DNA of 32,890 nucleotides from a bacterium (GTDB lineage Bacteria; Electryoneota; Electryoneia; Electryoneales; Electryoneaceae). The translations under genes and the position numbers were made by a program. The first letter of the stretch is position 1; every line of letters begins with the position of its first letter. Under the pieces are notes generated by a model, which was not told the origin of the DNA, made no database searches, and saw only the letters and a program-made list of their open reading frames with translations. The stretch lies in contig JAZDLX010000030.1 in the NCBI GenBank assembly GCA_043801585.1, positions 1 through 32,890 of the forward strand. The letters are read 5' to 3'. Below, one piece after another: positions 1-7,705 of this stretch.

Positions 1-1239
1 GGAAAATCGACTCGTTTTTGCATTGCGATTACGTCCTGCCCATTAGATGCACTAATCAATGCAGGTCCGTTCGAATCAAATGTTGATACACCAGAAAGTA
101 CAATTGCTGTGTCGTACTTGACTTTGTACTGGAGTAGAGTATCGAAGCGCACATAGTATAAATCGCCCCCAGTCGTTACATATGTCGTAAAAAGGAATAC
201 AGCATCACCATTCGATAGTATTCCCGGTTGTCTGCAAATACTATTCCCAACAAGAACAAGAGAATTATCGCGAGGATATCGCACAGGTTCATTCTGATTA
301 TTCACCCTCTGGATATCTGCCTTCTCACCCCTGCCCTCAATCATGAAATAAACACCGCCATAATTGTCTGGTGTAGCAGTGACTCCATAAGAATTCAGAG
401 GATTATAAATTGCGAGCCCCCCCCCCAACATGAGAATTCTGACTTAAATGCTCAAATTCGAAACTCCCACTCGCATCATCGACATATCCGATGAATACCC
501 CACCTTTGCCATCTTCGCAAATGGCAACTCCGTCACCCGTACGAATGTTAGCTCCTCTACCTACTGGAAACAGATCAGAATAGTTGCTATTCAGCGTACC
601 ATCTGAATGAACATTGGTGATATCCACTTCCGGGGTGAAATCTTTATATGCAAGCAACCACATCCCATCCATGCCATCCGAACAGCAAACATACTCCGGA
701 TACTGATCGTAAGAATAGAAATAACTCAGTCCCTCTTTCACCGCGAGGGGAACGCCATGCTTCTGCCACATCGGCTCCCCTGAAGCGCTGAACCGCTGTC
801 CGTATAGACCATAATATCTCCGGGTGCTGTCGGAGTTATAGAAAGGGGTTGCTGCAAGGTAAGCAATGATCACTCCGCCATCACTTGTCGGTACCGCACC
901 GTGCAGCCAAGCCAGGGAATCAGTCGTGTCCTGGATGACACTGTGTCCGTACTCACCAAGCAGTTTGTTGCCCGTCGAATCGATGTGCTGGATTCGGAGA
1001 AACCCTTGTGTTAATTGGGTAGATTTTGCTCCTTTTAAAACGGTGGAACGGATTTCAGAAAGGGAAGGAGGTGGATCAGAGCTGTCATAAATGAGCCAGA
1101 TTCCACCCGAAGTGTCCGGAACTGTGATCATCATACCGACCTGACCCATCGGCTCGATGCCTTCCACTGGCCATTCGGCAGAAGCGGAACAAACGATTCC
1201 AAGTAATGCGATCAATATTACATAGGTTAACCGTGGCAT
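1..1239 (-). pseudogene. Secreted DGxGG-repeat beta-propeller protein, paralogue of 1360-3072; frameshifted at a G10 tract (417-426) and running off the window edge
   Basis: ATG at 1239 has a GAGG RBS and starts a signal peptide (MPRLTYVILIALLGIVCSASA|EW). The ORF stops at 403. Deleting one G gives VGGGLAIYNPLNSYGVTATPDNYGGVYF...ILSNGDAVF...SNGQDVI, open to position 1 and collinear with the paralogue. Confidence 0.85.
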
Positions 1240-1267
1240 TCGAATCCTCAAGATCATCAAGTTGGTA

Positions 1268-1380
1268 TATCCTCTTCCTTGAACGCTCACCCATATTGAA
1301 AAGGATGAGCGTTCAAGAATATCTCATGTACAATGTATGCCAAACGAAACAGGAAAAGCTTATTTCAACAACACGATCTT
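1268..1380. repeat. Conserved intergenic module, copy 2 (end of upstream CTD, spacer and hairpin)
   Basis: 87/95 identical to 3101-3195 at an offset of 1833 bp (counted by eye). Confidence 0.9.
1276..1319 (-). promoter_or_regulatory. 5'-UTR/intergenic stem-loop, copy 2
   Basis: UUCUUGAACGCUCAUCC pairs with GGGUGAGCGUUCAAGGA (17 bp with G-U pairs on the minus strand). No poly-U tail. Confidence 0.55.
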
Positions 1381-3072
1381 TCGAAGGTTGGTGGATTTCC
1401 CCTTCTGGGTGGCTCGGATAAAATAGACTCCGCTGGCGAAATCGGAATTCGGCGACCATGTGGTGATAGCGGAATTAGCAAAAGGGAGAGATAATGTCGC
1501 CACCTGCTGTCCAAGTACATCATATATAGCTAACGCTGCTGATTTTATGCTCGGTAGAGCGACACGGATTGTAACTGTTCCATTGAATGGATTCGGCCAA
1601 ACTGACTCAATCTCAAATCGTTGCGGAAGCGACGAATGAGATGGATTCTCCGTCGTATCCGAAACAGGAGGTCCATCCTCGCTAATCCGATTGAAACGGA
1701 AATAGCCTTCTTTATACGTGTATTGGATCAACAAGTACCCATCAGATAATCTTGTGATCCGCGTTCGAGGGAAAGAGGTTGTGTTGCCATTCTCATCCCA
1801 TGTCAAAACTCGAGGAGGATCTGCCCATAAATCTGGTTTTCCTTCGGGCGGGACCTTGTGCATAGTGATATTCCCGCACCAGGTATTATCCTTGAACACT
1901 ACTGTTTTCACAGTTGTGATGACATCCTGACCGTTGAATGCAGTGACCAATGTTGGTCCGTAGGAAGTATCGGCGATTGGATTAGTGAGGTCATTCACTT
2001 TAACCGCCATTGTAGTATCAAGTCTCGTGTAATAGAGATTATCATCCATCGTTGTGTACATGAACACAGCATCGCCATTTGAAAGGATCGCCGGCCACCG
2101 ACTGACACTTTCTCCCCCGAGTAGAAGTCCATCATGTGAAACCGACTGGTTATTGCAATCTACCCGCTGTACATCCGCCCTCCCACCAGTGCCACTCGCC
2201 GTGATATAGACACCCCCATATCCATCAGGTGTGGCAGTAACTCCCGAAGAATTGTAGGGATTTGTTCGTGCAATACCACCGGCGATCGGTTGATTCTGTG
2301 TATAATGCTCCCACGCCAGACTTCCGCTGTGGTCGATAAATCCAGCAAATATTCCACCTTTTCCGTCTTCACAAATCGCTACTCCATTATCCGGAATATT
2401 GTCATCAATTATAAATGGATTGTGGTAATTAATGTTTAGTGTCCCGTCGGAATGAACGTTCGTGATGTATTTCTTCATCGAAAAACCGACGTAAACCACC
2501 AGCCACATCCCGTCATTGCCATCCGTACAACAAGCCCAGTGATTCCAACCAGCCCAGATATAGTCTGTCCCGTCCTTGACCGCCAGAGGAACGCCGGATT
2601 TATTCCACATCGGTTCGCCGTCAGCATTGAGCCGCTGCCCGCAAAGGCCGAAATATCCATCTGTGCTGTCAGGAGTATAGAAGAATTTCATGAAGGCGAC
2701 GATTACACCACCATCGCTCGTCGGAACTGCGCCGTGCAGCCAAGCGACTTCGACTGTCGTATCCTGAAAGATGCTGTGCCCGTATTCCCCGAAAAGCTTC
2801 ACGCCGTTGGAGTCGATGTGCTGAACTCGAAGGTAGCCATTCGTGAGTTTTGTCGATCTTGTTCCTTTCAATCCAGCAGATAGACGTAGGGATTGAGACG
2901 GAGGAGCATCGACCGGGTCATAGAGCAGCCAGAATCCGCCCGATGTATCTGGAACCGTGATCATTTCCTCCACCTTACCCATCGGCTCGATGCCTTCCAT
3001 CGGCCATTCGGCAGAAGCAGTAAAAATAGTCCCAAATAATGCGATCGATATTGCCAAAGCTAACCGTGACAT
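1360..3072 (-). CDS. Secreted repeat (beta-propeller-like) protein with T9SS type A C-terminal sorting domain
   Basis: Start moved to ATG 3072 (GAGGG RBS; signal peptide MSRLALAISIALFGTIFTASA|EW). Repeated DGxGG motifs. C-terminus WPNPFNGTVTI...IYDVLGQQV...SGVYFIR...KIVLLK. Confidence 0.88.
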   Translation of the reverse strand: MSRLALAISIALFGTIFTASAEWPMEGIEPMGKVEEMITVPDTSGGFWLLYDPVDAPPSQSLRLSAGLKGTRSTKLTNGYLRVQHIDSNGVKLFGEYGHSIFQDTTVEVAWLHGAVPTSDGGVIVAFMKFFYTPDSTDGYFGLCGQRLNADGEPMWNKSGVPLAVKDGTDYIWAGWNHWACCTDGNDGMWLVVYVGFSMKKYITNVHSDGTLNINYHNPFIIDDNIPDNGVAICEDGKGGIFAGFIDHSGSLAWEHYTQNQPIAGGIARTNPYNSSGVTATPDGYGGVYITASGTGGRADVQRVDCNNQSVSHDGLLLGGESVSRWPAILSNGDAVFMYTTMDDNLYYTRLDTTMAVKVNDLTNPIADTSYGPTLVTAFNGQDVITTVKTVVFKDNTWCGNITMHKVPPEGKPDLWADPPRVLTWDENGNTTSFPRTRITRLSDGYLLIQYTYKEGYFRFNRISEDGPPVSDTTENPSHSSLPQRFEIESVWPNPFNGTVTIRVALPSIKSAALAIYDVLGQQVATLSLPFANSAITTWSPNSDFASGVYFIRATQKGKSTNLRKIVLLK

Positions 3073-3100
3073 ACGAACCCTCAAGGTTTTCGAGATAGCA

Positions 3101-3213
3101 TATCCTCTTCCTTGAACGCTCACCCCAATTGAAAAGGATGAGCGTTCAAGAATATCTATTGTATAATGTATACCAAACGAAACAGGAGAAGCCTATTTCA
3201 ACAGCACAATTTT
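3101..3213. repeat. Conserved intergenic module, copy 1
   Basis: Direct repeat of 1268-1380. Confidence 0.9.
3109..3152 (-). promoter_or_regulatory. 5'-UTR/intergenic stem-loop, copy 1
   Basis: 18-bp stem with three G-U pairs, valid only on the minus strand. Preceded by AT-rich TATACATTATACAAT, a possible -10 region. Confidence 0.55.
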
Positions 3214-3429
3214 TCGCTGAGCCTGGAATTTCCCTGCCCGCATTTTGACAAAGTAAACGCCCGAACTCAATTCGACTCCCGATTCGTTGACACCCTTCCA
3301 CATCCTTTTATGGTATCCGGCACGCATCTGTTGATCAACGAGCGTGATCACACGTTGTCCGAGGATGTTGTAGATCTCCAATCGCACAGGAGAATTCTCA
3401 GGAAGCGAGAATGGAATGGTCACGACGGG
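3193..3429 (-). pseudogene. 5'-truncated gene remnant retaining only the T9SS/FlgD-Ig C-terminal domain
   Basis: PVVTIPFSLPENSPVRLEIYNILGQRV...SSGVYFVKM...KIVLLK. The expected PNPFN motif and everything upstream are replaced by the repeat at 3424. Confidence 0.8.
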
Positions 3430-3470
3430 TGGCCCGGGATGTGGACCGCAGGTCCATTTCCCGGGTTTCA
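3424..3470 (+). repeat. REP-like palindrome A (GTGG head, CCCGGG...CCCGGG stem)
   Basis: 46/47 identical to 3790-3836; inner hairpin TGGACC-GCA-GGTCCA. Confidence 0.85.
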
Positions 3471-3496
3471 CAGGTATGGTTGCTCATAACTTCGGT

Positions 3497-3521
3497 GACG
3501 GGTTCGGAGACCTCGACTTAC
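3497..3521 (-). repeat. Degenerate GTAG-type REP-like hairpin
   Basis: 21/25 identical to 4023-4047. Confidence 0.6.
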
Positions 3522-3576
3522 ATGACTTTTCCATCTTTTAGATCGTAGGATTCCACAAAAATTGACCCTTCAGAAG

Positions 3577-3624
3577 GAAACCCGGGTAATCCACTCTTCG
3601 CGTGAACAACCCGGGCCACCCGTC
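3577..3624 (-). repeat. REP-like palindrome B (inverted partner of A)
   Basis: Reverse complement GACGGGTGGCCCGGG-ttgttcacgcgaagagtggatta-CCCGGGTTTC has the same ends as A and a different inner hairpin. Confidence 0.8.
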
Positions 3625-3700
3625 TCCCCTCCAGAATTTGTCAGATCAAACCTCCATCCGGTATGTATCCATCAGACATTGATGAAATGCAACCGAGGGT

Positions 3701-3789
3701 GTGATGAAGAAGAAACCGAACGGAATAACCTCCAGCGAGCGTGTGCAAGAAATCGCGCATGTCCTCGCCCGGGGCATTCTCCGGATGAA
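3701..3789 (+). pseudogene. Small ORF fragment resembling the short proteins that precede DUF2924/serine-recombinase genes; interrupted by REP C
   Basis: GAGGG RBS; MKKKPNGITSSERVQEIAHVLARGILRMK. The motif similarity is recalled from memory only. Confidence 0.35.
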
Positions 3790-3836
3790 GACGGGTGGCC
3801 CGGGATGTGGACCGCAGGTTCATTTCCCGGGTTTCA
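3790..3836 (+). repeat. REP-like palindrome C
   Basis: Near-identical direct copy of A (one C/T difference). Confidence 0.85.
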
Positions 3837-4022
3837 AGATTTTACAACGTGTAATGTGCCCCTGTTTGCCTGGCGAAGCGGGCAAACAGGGGCTATTCCA
3901 ATTCATCAATCTGATCGGTTTGTCGGATCAATGAAAAGCCGGATTCGGAACTAAAGCGGACAACGTCCGCGAAACTCGCGGACACAAAGTGACAGCAAAT
4001 CCCGGCCTGCATAACTATTTGA

Positions 4023-4047
4023 GCCGGGTTCGGAGACCCCGGCCTAC
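4023..4047 (-). repeat. GTAG-type REP-like hairpin
   Basis: Minus strand reads GTAG-GCCGGG-gtctccgaa-CCCGGC. Confidence 0.65.
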
Positions 4048-4052
4048 ATATT

Positions 4053-4097
4053 GAATCCCGGGCAATCCGCCAACTGGCGGACAACCCGGGCCATCCC
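4053..4097 (-). repeat. REP-like palindrome D (inverted partner of C)
   Basis: Reverse complement GGGATGGCCCGGG-ttgTCCGCCAgtTGGCGGAttg-CCCGGGATTC. Confidence 0.75.
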
Positions 4098-4109
4098 TCC
4101 ACCAACAAC

Positions 4110-4138
4110 ACGGGCTGCTTCTCTTCGAAGCAGCCCGT
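4110..4138 (-). terminator. Putative intrinsic terminator of the minus-strand operon
   Basis: 12-bp perfect stem ACGGGCTGCTTC/GAAGCAGCCCGT downstream of the last gene; the U tail is weak (GUUGUUGG). Confidence 0.55.
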
Positions 4139-4192
4139 TCCAAGGGAAATCTCCGTTAAAATCGCCGCAGGGGAGAACGCAGCGATTCAGCG

Positions 4193-4256
4193 ATCAGTCA
4201 AACTCCTGCGGTTCCCTGACGTCCGGGTGGATCTGGCAGAGCTATCAGTCAACGAC
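4193..4256 (-). repeat. Degenerate duplicate of the 3' end of gene 6645-7667
   Basis: 4193-4236 matches 6644-6687 at 42/44. It translates as VVD**LCQIHPDVREPQEFD* versus VVDGQSYQIHPDVKEPQEFD* in the gene. Confidence 0.9.
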
Positions 4257-4270
4257 TTCCGAAACAGCAA

Positions 4271-6415
4271 TCATTCTTCCAATTCGACGGCGACCAGAGC
4301 ATAGATGTCCAGCTCCGGTACCGTCACCTGAGCGACGCCGCCGGTGACAACCGGCTCGATGGAACTCCGTTCGCAGCCCGGACGATAGAGCCAGGCGTGT
4401 TCGATCCTTCGGCCTTTTGGCAGTGCGAGTTGGCAGACGACATTCGATGCGGCTGTGATGTCTCCCTTGATGGTGACGTCGTAATTCACAAGATGGAGCA
4501 AAACGTTCGAGCCGTCGCTCTTCGCCATCCGGCTGACTTCGACCCACGGATGCTCCGACAGCCGCCGTGTCACGCGGTCACCAATCTTTTCGAGCACGGT
4601 GTCAACGAGTGACTCAAGGTGCGTGCGAAGCTCGGGATGAATATTATCCCGTGTGTAAGCTTCGGGGACATCGGGGAACACGTCGAGCATCGCGGGTCCA
4701 AAGGTCGTTGCATCGGCACGCTGCTTGCCTCTGACAAGAAAGCGGTGCTCCGGAATGTCGAGGGGCACACGAATGATGCTACCGCTTCCGACCGTCGCCA
4801 CCCGCTCGTCGGCCTGATTAAAAAGCGACTCGAAGGGCGGTGTTTCACGCTCCAAGCCGTAGCCGTCCTTATGTCCGCAGTCGCCCAACAGGACGAGTGT
4901 GCCACCCTGACGTGCATAGTCCAGCAACGCTTCGATCTCCCCATTGGTGAGGAGCGGCTGATAGGGAACCAACACGAGAGGGTACCGTGCGAGTCGATCA
5001 ACACGCAGGTCGTCACTGACCAGCATAACATGGTGAACCCCTCGATCGGCCAGCACGCGTGACGCTGTAAAGGCAAAGGAGAGCTCGTCATGCAGGTATG
5101 GCCGAATCATCGCGACAACTGCGATCTCGCCATCCATCTTGCTTTCGAGCAGATAGGGTTCCGCCGAGGCGAGCAGTCGGTGCATCTGGGTGGCGCCGGG
5201 AGGAGTCTCGCGTTTTTCGCGAAAGACCGCATGACCAGCCGCCGCTTCCGCAATGTTGATTTGCGCCATGGCACTCAGCGCCCGCTCCGTCGGCTCCGGG
5301 AATATCGGGGGTGTAATCTCCGTTGCATAGACGATGACAGGTTTGCCGTGGGTTGCGGCTGTCAGGAAACGGAGAGCCGGACTGTTGGTGATCCGTACGC
5401 CGTCGCTACGCCGTCTCGGCGCAAACTCGAGATACTCCTGGATTTCGGAGTAGACGAAATCATCGACCCCATCACGCCCGAGCATCTCGATGTTGCCCGC
5501 CGCATCATAGGCGATCGGACCATAGCCAAATCCACCGTAAACGTTGCCACTGATAAGGAAATGAGGATTGTACTTCCTTGCGATTTCGCGCATATGGTGG
5601 TGGAAATTCGCCACGCTTTCACCCCTGAAGGTGACCCATTCCGCCCAGAAGGGCTGACCGCGACCGGTGGGAGGTTCGAGAGTTTCGTACTCCGCGGTGC
5701 CGTACTTCTTGATCGCGATCTCCTTTGGGAGATTCTGCGTCAAGTATTCACGAAAGGCACGCACGCTGTGGTCGCAGTAACAGGTTCCGCCGGCGATCTG
5801 TGTCCAGTCGATGTAGGAACCGTCGATCCCTGTCTCGGCCTGAGCACGAATCCGCCCCTCCATGTAGCGCACATAGTCCGGATTGTGTGGACAGCCCCAG
5901 GCTTCGAATCCCTCGTCTGTCTCCTGGCCGTAGGGAGCGTACCGGTAGTACGGGAAGGTTCCGTCCGAACGCACCATGAGCCAGCTCGTTGGATCGCTCG
6001 CCGGCTTCGGCCCGATGTAATCCTCGAACTCGGACCAGCGTTTGTTGTAGAAATCGAGCAGTCCGATCTGATCTTTCCGGGGTTCGCTCTTCGGCGTTGC
6101 GGAGTTTCCCTCAAGGGAGGTCGAGAGATAACGCAGGACGATGATCTCTCGATCATGGTAGGCGTCGTTGAACTGCCGCGCCGCGAGCATCGACGAATCG
6201 AACTGAGCGCGGGTAACATCGGGAAAGTTGGGTGCACCGCTGCCAAAGGTGAGTGTGAATTGATTATCGGCAAGGAAAGTGGAATCGCTGCGGTGTCCGA
6301 GCCGCCAGTGCCCCCAATCGGTGGAGGGAGCCCACGACTTGGTTGCACAACCTGTCACGAACATGACAATGACTGCTGCAAGGCAAACAATCAGCAACTG
6401 TTTCGACTTCATCAT
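4271..6415 (-). CDS. Lipoprotein, putative glycoside hydrolase (GHL6/GH42-like TIM barrel plus beta-galactosidase trimerisation/GATase1-like domain)
   Basis: Start moved to ATG 6415 (MMKSKQLLIVCLAAVIVMFVTG|C lipobox). Motifs CPHNPDY, IDGSYIDW, CYCDH, WVTFR, LLDYARQGGTLV, LHLVNYD. Confidence 0.75.
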   Translation of the reverse strand: MMKSKQLLIVCLAAVIVMFVTGCATKSWAPSTDWGHWRLGHRSDSTFLADNQFTLTFGSGAPNFPDVTRAQFDSSMLAARQFNDAYHDREIIVLRYLSTSLEGNSATPKSEPRKDQIGLLDFYNKRWSEFEDYIGPKPASDPTSWLMVRSDGTFPYYRYAPYGQETDEGFEAWGCPHNPDYVRYMEGRIRAQAETGIDGSYIDWTQIAGGTCYCDHSVRAFREYLTQNLPKEIAIKKYGTAEYETLEPPTGRGQPFWAEWVTFRGESVANFHHHMREIARKYNPHFLISGNVYGGFGYGPIAYDAAGNIEMLGRDGVDDFVYSEIQEYLEFAPRRRSDGVRITNSPALRFLTAATHGKPVIVYATEITPPIFPEPTERALSAMAQINIAEAAAGHAVFREKRETPPGATQMHRLLASAEPYLLESKMDGEIAVVAMIRPYLHDELSFAFTASRVLADRGVHHVMLVSDDLRVDRLARYPLVLVPYQPLLTNGEIEALLDYARQGGTLVLLGDCGHKDGYGLERETPPFESLFNQADERVATVGSGSIIRVPLDIPEHRFLVRGKQRADATTFGPAMLDVFPDVPEAYTRDNIHPELRTHLESLVDTVLEKIGDRVTRRLSEHPWVEVSRMAKSDGSNVLLHLVNYDVTIKGDITAASNVVCQLALPKGRRIEHAWLYRPGCERSSIEPVVTGGVAQVTVPELDIYALVAVELEE

Positions 6416-6644
6416 CTCGCCCCCCCACGTTTCTGCATCCTTCAAAACGAAACGGGGCCGTTTTGATGAATTCGCCCCGTCTGCAATAATTGTCATCTGC
6501 TATGATGCCGGTGATGTTCAAACTGAGCGATCATATGTCGTCACCATCATCATCCGGCTTCTCCTGCTCTGTGGAGAAGCAGTCCTTCCACGTAAACTCA
6601 TATCCAGAAACCACCAGATATATCCAGCGGTGAGTCCTCAAGCA

Positions 6645-7667
6645 TCAATCAAACTCCTGCGGTTCCTTGACGTCCGGGTGGATCTGGTAGGACTGGCCAT
6701 CAACAACCCCCAGCCAGGTGCCGTCGGGCAGTTGGATCGCGTCAATCTGGTGCATCCCATCCGTGGCCCACCACTCGCCGTTGGGCTGCAGCACCGGATT
6801 GGCGGGGACGGGGGTTTCCTGGTACACCTTCGGGGTGATCTTGTCAATGCGAAACGCCGATACGCTCTGTCCGTAGGTTGGATAGGTGTCCTGCGAAAGG
6901 CGGTACCAGTAGCCGTTAATCTTCATGATGCGCCCGGCGGGGCGCGAGATATTGGCGTCGTTGCTGACAATCGGGCTCGCCGGATGCTCTTTCCAGGGAC
7001 CCATCAGGTCCTTCGAATAGTAGAGGCGGGTGTCGTCCCAACCGTTTTTAAAATCCGTGGCGCAGACTATGTACCAGTACTTGCCCTCGCGGAAGATGCT
7101 GGGATCCACATTTTGGACGTCCACAAGCGTCTTGACGAATTTCCACTCCGTGGGGAAATTGGTAGCCTTGTAGAGGCGCAGGGTGTGGGTCTGGTAGGTC
7201 TCGGGGATCATGTAGTAGTCGCCGTTCCACTCGAATACCTGCGGGTAGGAGAGGTGGAAGTACTCGTGCAGTACCACGCCCTTGTAGGTCCAGTGGATGC
7301 CATCCTCCGATTCCGCGTAGGCGATGTCACCATAGCCGTACGGCTCCACTTTGGCAACTTCCAGGAACAGGAGATATTTATTATCGACCTTGACGATGAA
7401 CGGGTCCGCGACGAACAGGGCCTTGGCGTCGGTGATGTCCTTGTAGGTGAAAACCGGATTCTGAATGTCGCCGGGATCCTTGAGTGTCCACGGGGTCTCG
7501 CCGCGGTAGACGCCAATCGACCAGAGCAACTCCGTGTGAGGTGCAGGCGCCATGATTGTGCTGTCAGCAGTCCTAACATCACCCTCGCCTTCGTCCGTCT
7601 GAGCGAAAGCGGTTAATGGAATCGCAACCAGCAGAGTCAATGCGTATGCGAGCAACAAACGTTTCAT
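6645..7667 (-). CDS. Exported five-bladed beta-propeller resembling the N-terminal domain of plant GINT1 (GT64); GH43/32-like fold
   Basis: Signal peptide; motifs WSIGVY, NPVFT, FVADPF, HLSYPQVF, YMIPET, LYKATNFP, GPWKEHP, RPAGR, QD..PTYG, GMHQID. Confidence 0.75.
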   Translation of the reverse strand: MKRLLLAYALTLLVAIPLTAFAQTDEGEGDVRTADSTIMAPAPHTELLWSIGVYRGETPWTLKDPGDIQNPVFTYKDITDAKALFVADPFIVKVDNKYLLFLEVAKVEPYGYGDIAYAESEDGIHWTYKGVVLHEYFHLSYPQVFEWNGDYYMIPETYQTHTLRLYKATNFPTEWKFVKTLVDVQNVDPSIFREGKYWYIVCATDFKNGWDDTRLYYSKDLMGPWKEHPASPIVSNDANISRPAGRIMKINGYWYRLSQDTYPTYGQSVSAFRIDKITPKVYQETPVPANPVLQPNGEWWATDGMHQIDAIQLPDGTWLGVVDGQSYQIHPDVKEPQEFD

Positions 7668-7705
7668 GCTTCTGTCCTTTCTTCAGCGGGTAAAACCACG
7701 AGGCT

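Noticed and set aside
3081..3101. Leader peptide MLSRKP* after the hairpin
   Set aside because: Its ATG is not conserved in the second copy of the module (ATA there).
1268..3213. Integron attC sites between cassette-like genes
   Set aside because: No RYYYAAC/GTTRRRY ends flanking the hairpin, no integrase, and the genes are paralogues rather than unrelated cassettes.
3430..3471. N-terminus MKPGKWTCGPHPGP of the 92-aa ORF
   Set aside because: It is a read-through translation of REP-like repeat A, not a real protein start.
3424..3836. CRISPR array or attL/attR pair
   Set aside because: Only two direct copies about 320 bp apart, with inverted family members interleaved; no cas or integrase gene.
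6557..6580. 8-bp hairpin as terminator after gene 6645-7667
   Set aside because: No U tract on the minus strand and a short stem; insufficient support.
4193..6707. Diversity-generating retroelement TR/VR pair (repeat of a gene 3' end)
   Set aside because: No reverse transcriptase in the window. The mismatches are not confined to adenines of the non-coding copy, and that copy contains stop codons.
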